Source: Pirellulales bacterium (GTDB lineage: Bacteria > Planctomycetota > Planctomycetia > Pirellulales > JACPPG01). Taken from it: a DNA stretch of 64,000 bases. The position numbers were made by a program, and so were the translations under genes. The stretch lies in contig DASYDW010000020.1 in NCBI GenBank assembly GCA_036499395.1, positions 8,610-72,609 of the forward strand, in the 5' to 3' direction. The notes beneath the pieces were generated by a model, which saw only the letters and a program-made list of their open reading frames with translations, did no database searches and was not told where the DNA came from. Shown here piece by piece: positions 45,301-54,300 of this stretch. Position 1 is the stretch's first letter, and each line of letters starts with the position of its first letter.

Positions 45301-48300
45301 GATATCCGTACGTCTTGTGGATCGTGAAGGGCGTGCGCTGTCGCAGGTTGAGTGCGGCAGCACGTATCGCGACGGATACTGGGAGACGGTCGATGGCAAA
45401 GGCTTCGATGTTCTGGCGTACTACCCAACCGAGCCTCGCGATCTATTCTTTTATGACTCGGACCGAGATCTGGCTGCCTACCATCGATTGGAAGGACCGG
45501 CTCCCAAGGAATTAACGGTCGTCTTGACGCCGGCCGCTAGCGTGCGCGGCCGCTTGTTCGACGAAAGCGGCGCCGCGCTGCCGCACGTGGGGCTCGGTTG
45601 GTTCGATATCCCTAAAGATCGACTGGGACAACTCGCCATCTCGACGGATGACGACGGTAGATTTCGCATCCGAGGTCTCGTTCCCGGCCGGCGGTACATG
45701 GCTCGTGCTGCGACGAACGTGATTTTCGGCGACCTGGTCTTTGATTCTCCAGTGGCCGCGGGCGAGGCGAAGGACCTAGGTGATGTCAGGCTTGAGGCCG
45801 TAGGCACGACCGAGCTGACGAAGGCTGCGGAAGAGGTTAATGACACAACCAAGGCGGCCGATTTCCCCGAAGCCGAGCTAGTGCTGCACTATCGGGGGCG
45901 GGTGTTGGACCCTGACGGTAAGCCGGTGACCGGGGCGAAAGTTTTCCTGCTTTCCTTCCACGATCAGGACAACCCGAATGACATGGCGCGGCCGCGCCCT
46001 GTCACGGGGGACGATGGCTGGTTCGACTTCAGCACCCGAAAGTCTGACTTCCCGCTGGATATCGGCAAGCAATGGCTTTCGCCGCGGCTGACTGTCGCGG
46101 CTAACGGTTTCGGCTGTGCCGCTGGCTCGTCGGCGGATTTTGAAACGACGGGCGAAGCGCAGAAGCGACTTTCCGATTACGACAAGAAGCTCGAAGAATT
46201 CGGAACGGAAAAACATGGCAACGTTCTGCAATTGGCGCGCGATGACGCGCCGCTGACGGGCCGATTAGTTTCGACGGAGGGCAAACCACTCGCGGACGTT
46301 ACCGTGGCCGTTCAAACGGTCTGGTATAACGCCGCGGGTGATTTAGCGCCATGGGATGCGGCCGCGAAAGAAGATCGCGCGGACTATTATTCACTCCGTA
46401 ATGTCGTGCCGCTGTTTGCGGGCGTGAGTCGGCTTCCCGTTGTCCTGCCCGCCACAACCGATGCGGAGGGACGCTTCACGCTGCATGGCATCGGCCGCGA
46501 GCGCGTCGTGGACCTGTTGATCGCCGGACCGGGGCTAGAGACGGTTTCGATTCACGCACGAACTCGGGCCGGACACACGGTCGAAGTTCCGCACCAGTGG
46601 CGGGAGTCGGAACGCAAAGGCTCGGCCAGCAGTCGCCCCGAGATCTACCTGGCCAATGACTTCCTGCAAGTCATTGCGCCGGCTCAACCCGTCGTCGGAC
46701 GCATCACCGATGTGGAAACCGGCGCACCGATCGCTGACGTAAAGGTTAGTGCCGGACATTTCGGCATGTTCCTTGGCAGTGGCAAGTCGTATATCTCGTC
46801 CACGACCGACGCAGAGGGACGATATTCGCTCGAAGGGCTGACGATTGGCGAAGAAACGAAGCTGTACATCACGCCTTCGAAGGCGACGGCCTACTTGCCA
46901 GCCGGCGATGATGTGACGACCAGCGGCACAGGACCGACCACGCGCGACTTTACGTTGCGACGCGGCATCTGGGTGCGCGGTCGCGTCAGCGAGGCCGGCA
47001 CTGGGCAGCCGCTCGATGGCGAGGTGGCCTATTACGCGTTCAGGGATAACCCGCATCTGTCGGACTATCGGGGCTTCTCGCGATTCCGCGGCGAATATGG
47101 TTGCCGGCCGGACGAGCAGGGCAACTTCCAGATCGCCGTTCCGCCTGGCGCCGGCATCCTGGGCTTTATGGCCCGCGAGCACGACCGATTTCGGCGCGGG
47201 GCTGGCGTCGAAAGCGTGACGCACGCGGCGGACTCGCAGCGCGAGATGATGCGATCCTACCCGGTCGTCCCGCATGGCCTGTTCTCACACAATAAGCATC
47301 TAGTAAAGCAGATCGACGTTGCCCCTGACGCGGCTGAGGTCGTTGCCAATCTTTCGCTTGTTCCCGGCGCCACATTCGCGGGACGAATCGTCGATCCCGC
47401 TGGCAAGCCCTTGCCGGGATGCGTAATGAACGGACAGGTCCTGAGTGGAGTGTGGCGAGAGGTCGAGAAAGACTCGTTCGAAGTCTCGGCCTACTATCCT
47501 GACGAGCCGCGCGACCTGTATTTCTTCCACCCCGAACGGAACCTGGCCGCGCACTATCACCTGGCGGGCGAGGCGCCGCACGATCTGACGATTCAATTAC
47601 AGCCCGCGGCCAGCGTCCAAGGTCGCTTGTTGAATGGCCAAGGGGAACCAGCGACCGGCATCTCTTTCGTCGGCGAGGGGATCTGCTCGTCGCGCTTCGA
47701 CGAGCGAGACTTCCGCGGCGGCACCGACGAGGAAGGCCGCTTCCATATTCAAGGTTTAGCGCCAGGCCGAAAGTACACCGTCGAAGCACGCGAAAACATA
47801 TACGATCTCGGCCGGGTCTTCGCCGATCTCAGCCTAACGGCCGGCGAGACGAAAGACCTGGGAGACATAACCCTCGTTCCGCCTGACGAAAAGTCGAAGC
47901 CGGTTGTAAAAGTAGCGGTAGGCGCATCGTCGGCGAACAAATCGAAGGATGCGGCCCCAGCAGCCGCTAGTGGCACTGCTGACAACGCTGATGCTGAGCC
48001 GGTGATACTCAATCCGCCACCGGCCGTGGAATTCAAGAAGCCAGCCGACGTTAATCCCAAATCAGCACCGAACGAAAACTCTACCGCAGCGCCGCCGATC
48101 GCGGCCGTCATCACGCCCGAGCCCGACCTCACGCTCCGCTATCGTGGCCGCGTGGTTGATCCCGACGGCCGACCCGCGGCGGGCGCCAAGATATTCTTTC
48201 ACTACTGGGTACAGGGAGCAGCGCCACGCGGCGATCTGGCCCCGCTGGCAGTTACAGACGCCGACGGTTGGTTCGATTTCACGACCAGGACGTCGGACTT

Positions 48301-51300
48301 TGACGCACTTGCCGAGAACTCTCGCTATTCGTGCGGTATCGTAGCCACGGCCCCAGGCAGTGGCTTTGCCCAGGGACGTTCGATCGACTTCGAAACCACG
48401 GGCGAAGCCATAAAACATCTGTCACCCGAAGTCGTCGAGAACGTTCGCGCCCGTCGGTCCGAACAAGGTCCATCCGTGCTGCAATTGGTGCGGGACGACG
48501 TTCCTCTGGTGGGGCAAGTGCTGACGATCGAAGGCAAGCCGGTCGCCGGCGCTCGGGTGCGCTTGCATGACGTGATGCTCAATAGCATCGCGAAGGGGGG
48601 CGGAACTCTCGACTCTTGGGAGCAGGCGGCCGTCGACAGCAAGGCAAACTTTTACACGCTGCGCAATCAACATCTTCCGGTCAATATCAACACCTGGCAA
48701 CTGCCGTCGATCGTGCCTGATGTCAAAACCGACGCCGAGGGACGATTCACCGTTCGCGGCATCGGACGGGAACGCGTCGCGAAATTGCTAATTCAGGGGC
48801 CCGACATTGAAGCCAGCCTGGTAAAAACGCGCACCCGCGCTGGCGAAATTCTCCGCTTCGGCGAATTCTCCGACCGTACCATGGGCGGGGCTGAGAGAAG
48901 CGACACGGTCTATCCCCACAAATTCACGTTTGCCGCCGGTCCCTCGAAGCCGGTCAGTGGGCGAATCACGGACGCGGACACCGGTGCACCCGTCGCTGGC
49001 GTAACAGTCACTGCGGGGCAGACGGGCACCTTCATGGGCTTCGGAAAGGTTTATGTTTCGGCGCAGACCGATGCCGACGGTCGCTACCGCCTTGAGGGGC
49101 TATCGATCGGCAAGCGCGAAGAAATTCTGGCATGGCCCCCAACCGCCTCGGGCTACGTGCCAGTGGGCGCTGGCGTAACGCTGGCCCTGGATCGCCCGGC
49201 GTCGGATCTTGATTTCCGGTTGAAACAGGGGATCTGGCTGCGCGGTCAGGCCATCGACAAAGTCACGGGCAAGCCGATCGTTGGACGCGTGCAGTACTTC
49301 TCGCGCTCCAAGAATCCTCAGTTGTCATCATATCCAGGCTTTGCCCGCGCCCGATTGGCCTACGAGCTGCGATCCGACGCGCAGGGGCGCTTCGAAATGC
49401 CAATACCGCCCGGCCCAGGCATCGTGACGTATATGGCGATGGATCACACGCACTATCGCAAGGGGCAGGGCGCAGAAAACGTGGCGGGCGGCTCGGGCGG
49501 TGAAATCAAAACCTACGACACCGTGCCGATGGGCCTGTTCGATCTGAACGAGCATGTGCTTCGCGAAATCAATCCGGCGTCCACGGACAAGTCGATCGAG
49601 CTGACGTTGCCGATCGAGGCTGGCCTCGAGGTCTACGGAAAAATCGTCGACCCGCAAGGCGCGCCGCTCCCCGGCGGCATCATGAGCAGCGCCGACTACA
49701 GTGACTTCTGGCGCACCCATGCGATCCGCGATAACACGTTCCACGTGCAAGGTTATTATCACGACGCGCCGCGCGAGCTGTTCTTCTTTAATGCCGAGCG
49801 CAACATGGCTGGGCATTATCACCTGGCCGGATCGCCGCCCGAGAACCTTGTCATAAAGCTCGCACCGGCCGGCAGCATTCGCGGACGACTGGTTGACAAG
49901 CAGGGGGCGGCGCTCGCACGCATCGAGCTTACGGGCGAAGGGATACCCAGTTCGCGGCACGAAGGTCCCGATTACATGCTGGCCACGGACGATGATGGCA
50001 ATTTCCTGATCCGTGGGCTGATTCCCGGCCGCAGATACACCGTCGAAGGACGTGGCGGCGAGCAGTACGGTCGCCTGCTCGAGGATGTCACAGTCGAAGC
50101 CGGTCCGCCGAAAGATGTCGGCGACGTCACGCTCGTGCGGCCCGAACCGAAGCAGAACGCGACGGCGAAGACACAGTCAGAGCTGCCCGTTACGACGAAC
50201 CCTATCGGGGTGCCCGCCATTAGATCGGCGTCGCCGGTTGACGTGCCTGAGCAGTCCGCGACGACGCCTGAAAAACCGATCGTCATTGTCGGACAGGTCC
50301 TTGATCCCGAGGGCCGCGCGGTCGCAGGAGCAGAAGTCGCGCTACAGGGGCATCGCTGGGAGTGGTTTCAATCACGCCCCGATCCGGATCGCACGAAAAC
50401 CGACGCCCAGGGCAATTTCCGCCTGGAAGTGAGCAAGTCGCAGTTCTCCGACGGTAAGCCGAAGAACTGGGCCAAGCTGGCGCGCCTGGTTGCGCGAGCG
50501 CCAGGTTACGGTATGGCGGGAATGCACTTCAGCGACCTTCAGCCTGGCATACCGGCCAAGATTCGCCTGGTGCCCGACCAACCGATCGAAGGACGCATCG
50601 TCGATCTCGAAGGGAATCCCGTCGCCGGCGCAAAGATTGACATCTTTAGCGTCACTACCAACGAGCAAAACGACCTTACCGCGTGGGTTGCGGCGCTCCG
50701 CCGTGGCGTGCCGTTTCACAGTTCGGAAGGAAACGGACGTCCTCATCTCGAACTAACGACAGGTGATAAGAAGCTCAGCGATCCGTCTTCGGCACCATGG
50801 ACGACAGACGCTGATGGTCGCTTTCGCATTACCGGCCTCGGCCAAAATCGCTTCGTCAATTTGAAGTTGGCAGGCGGCGGTGTCGTGGCCATCGACCTGC
50901 ACGTCATCACGCAACCCTTCAGCACATTCTCTATGAAATGGGATGCCAGCGCCAACGTGGGGGAAGTGCCCATTCACGGCGCGACATTTCAATACATCGC
51001 CGAACCGTCTCAACCGATCGAGGGCGTGGTGCGTGATGCGAAGAGCGGAGATCCGCTGCCGGGCGTGAGAGTTTGGAGCGAGCATCTTGCCGGGGCGAAA
51101 GTCTCCGGCGATTTCCGCCTGCAGACGACGGCGGACAAAAACGGTCATTATCGATTGGAAGGCATGCCGCGCGGCAAGGGCAACCGTATTTGTGCCCTAC
51201 CGCAGGATGATCAGCCGTACTTCATGCAAGAGTTCGATGTGCCGCAGGCCGATGGTCTTGCCGCGGTGCAGTTCGATCTGCCGTTGCATCGTGGTGTATT

Positions 51301-54300
51301 GATCACGGGCCACATCACGGCGCAGGGGACCGAAAAGGCGGCGCTTGGCGGGCGGTTGTTTTATGTGCCGCATCCCGACAATCCTCACATGGTGGACCTG
51401 CCGGAATTCAATTCACACCGCTTGCCAGGCCCGCAATGGCGCTACGAAGCCGATAGCGATGGAAATTATCGCATCGTCGGCTTGCCAGGGCGCGGCTATC
51501 TCGGCTTGTGGGTCATGAGAGACGAACCTTGCCCTGCCGGACAAGGGATCGATCAGATCAAAGATTTGCCCAAGGACGAAGCGTTCTACAAGACGACGTA
51601 TATGTTCTCGCCGCGTTCAAAAAGTGTCACCGCAGTTCGTGAATTGCAAATTGGCGATCAAGACGAGCAAGCGACGGCCGATTTCGTTAGCTCATCCGGC
51701 CAGCGCGTGACATTGAAGCTTGTCGATGTCCAGGACCTCCCCCTCGAAGGGGCGAAGATTTGGGGCCTCTGGCCGCGGCAGCAGCATCACATCGAAAAGA
51801 GAGCCGCCGCGCAGATCGACGTGGTTGGCCTTAGCGCCACTGAAAAGCGTCGAGTACTGCTGTACGACGAAAGTCGCAATCTCGGCAGTGCGGTTCTGGT
51901 CGGCAAGCAGGAAACCGGCGAGGTCGCGATCACGGCCAAATTGCAACCTTGTGCGACGGTCAACGGCCGTTTACTGGATAAAGAAGGCGAGCCGCTTGCC
52001 TCCGCGAAGGTCGAATTCCAGATCCCAGGCGAATACGACTACGCACTCGGCTTCCCCAGCGGGGACACCGACAAAGATGGCCGTTTCAGGGTCACAAACC
52101 TGCCGACCGGCTGCTCGTGGGATATTCTCTGCCGCGCGCCCAATATCGTCGGGGTCTCGATTGTTAGTGGCCTGACACCAGCGCCCGGCGAAACGATCGA
52201 CGTGGGCGAATTTGACATCACGGCCGATGAACGTCCAGTACTGATCCGCACGACGCGCACTGGCGCAGCGCCCGGCAATGCGCAAGCAAATGCCGATAAG
52301 ACCGAAGCTGCATCCCCAGCGATCGTGAAGACTTCGGATGGCGCGTCACCGTCAGACAATCCAGTGACGAAATCAGAATCGCCGGCTGAAAAGCAGGTCA
52401 TCGCTGGACGCGTGACGCAGCCTGATGGGCAACCGATCGCCGGGGCGCGGGTTTGGTTGATGCGTTACACGATCGCCGACATCTCTTGGGATAATAAGAA
52501 TATTACCCTCGCCGAGACAACCACCGATGCGCAAGGTGCCTTTCGTCTCGATCATCCGGCGGAGGTCGCACCGTTTTCCGATCGCGAGCGATTCTTGCGA
52601 ACAAGTCTTGTCGTTGCGGCCACGGCGCCGGGCTTCGGCCTGACGTGCAAACCACGCTCCGCCGAGGCCAAGAAGGATCTCGAGCTGACGTTGCCGCCTG
52701 CCACCGTGAAGGCGCAAGGGCAAGTCCTTAATCTGGAGGGGCGCCCGCTCGTCGGTGCCCAGCTGCGCGTCATCGGCATTAGCGATCCGCACGACGACAT
52801 GCCGGGTTGGATTGCCAAAGCGAAGCTGAATCCGCGTGAATCGGGCAACACGCTTCTCATGGAGGCGAAGGCCGACCGTCGGCGGTCCTCAAAGCGGGCG
52901 GCTGTCTATTTCCCTGAATTTCCGATGGGGGCGATCCCGCGCGAACTCACTGGCCCCTTCGTCACGGATGCGCAGGGAAGAGTTGACCTTGGTGTGTGGG
53001 GAGACAATCGTCTTTTGCAGGTCGAATTGTCCGGGCCTGGCATGGCCAAATCATGGGTCCATATCATTACGTATCCTATGCCTCCCATTTTTGAACCGAG
53101 CGGCGACCCTCGCTATGTGAACGCTTCATACTTTGGTGCGGATTTCCGTCTCACGGTTGAGCCCGAGCAGGTAATTCAAGGCACGATCGCCGACGCCGAG
53201 AAGGGAACGCCGATCGCCGGCGCCGAAGTGCGGCTCTTCCAGTTCGGCGACAGCTTACTAGGGGTGCATGGCTTTGTTTCGTCGACGACCGACGCGCAAG
53301 GCAAATACGTGCTGCACGGAGTCGCCAAGCCAAAGCAGCCAAATGCCCAGCACAGATTGGAAGTTCTTCCGGGCCCGAGCAGTCCCTACTTTCGCACGAC
53401 ATTCCGCGTACCTCGACAGGATGGATTAGCTCCGATCACACATGACGTGTCGCTGCGGCATGCTGCCTGGATCACGGGGCGTGCGACCGAAAAAGCCACC
53501 GGCAAACCGGTGCGCGGCGCGGTCAGCTACTACCCGTTTCTCGACAACGAGCAGGCGCGCAACTATTCGAACTTCACGCCAGGCATGACGTCCATGGGGT
53601 ACGACGATCACTATCCCACAGCCGAAGACGCCTCATTTCGCCTGCCAGCCATTGTAGGACGGGGCGTCCTGCTGTTTATCGCTGAAGACCAGGACGAATA
53701 TCCGGCGGCTGACGGCGTTGACCAAATCGCTGGGCTCAAGGGGGGCAAGGAACGGAACCTGAATCTCTATCATTTCGCTTCCGCGGATTTGGCCAATGCC
53801 CTGCGCGAAGTGAATATCATGCCCGAAGATACAGACGTCCGGTTGAATGTCGAGCTACCCTCGTTCGCCGGATATCCCATTCGCTTTGTCGACTCGCGAG
53901 GAAGTCCCGTAGCAGGCGTGATGGCTCGACGTTTGCGACCACCGCATGGCCGCCGCGAATACAACGGTTGGGGTGATGTGAAACCGGTCGGATCGGAAAC
54001 AATCTTGCGCGGCTTCGAAGAATTGGAAAGCATGCCGGTCATTGCTTTGGCGCGCGCGAAGGGCCTAGGCGCCGTTCATGAGTTTCGGAAGTCCGACTTT
54101 GACGGGGATAAAGCTTACGAACTGAAGCTCGAGCCCTGTGCCACTGTGAAGGGACGCCTGGTCGATAAGTCAGGCAAGCCGCTACGCGGCATCAGTGTCA
54201 CAGCCAAATGGAATCCCTTCACTGGTCAAAAAACCCGCTCGTGGCGTTCGTGGGAGCACAACATCAACTCACTGTTCTCGGACGCCGAAGGGCGGTTTTC

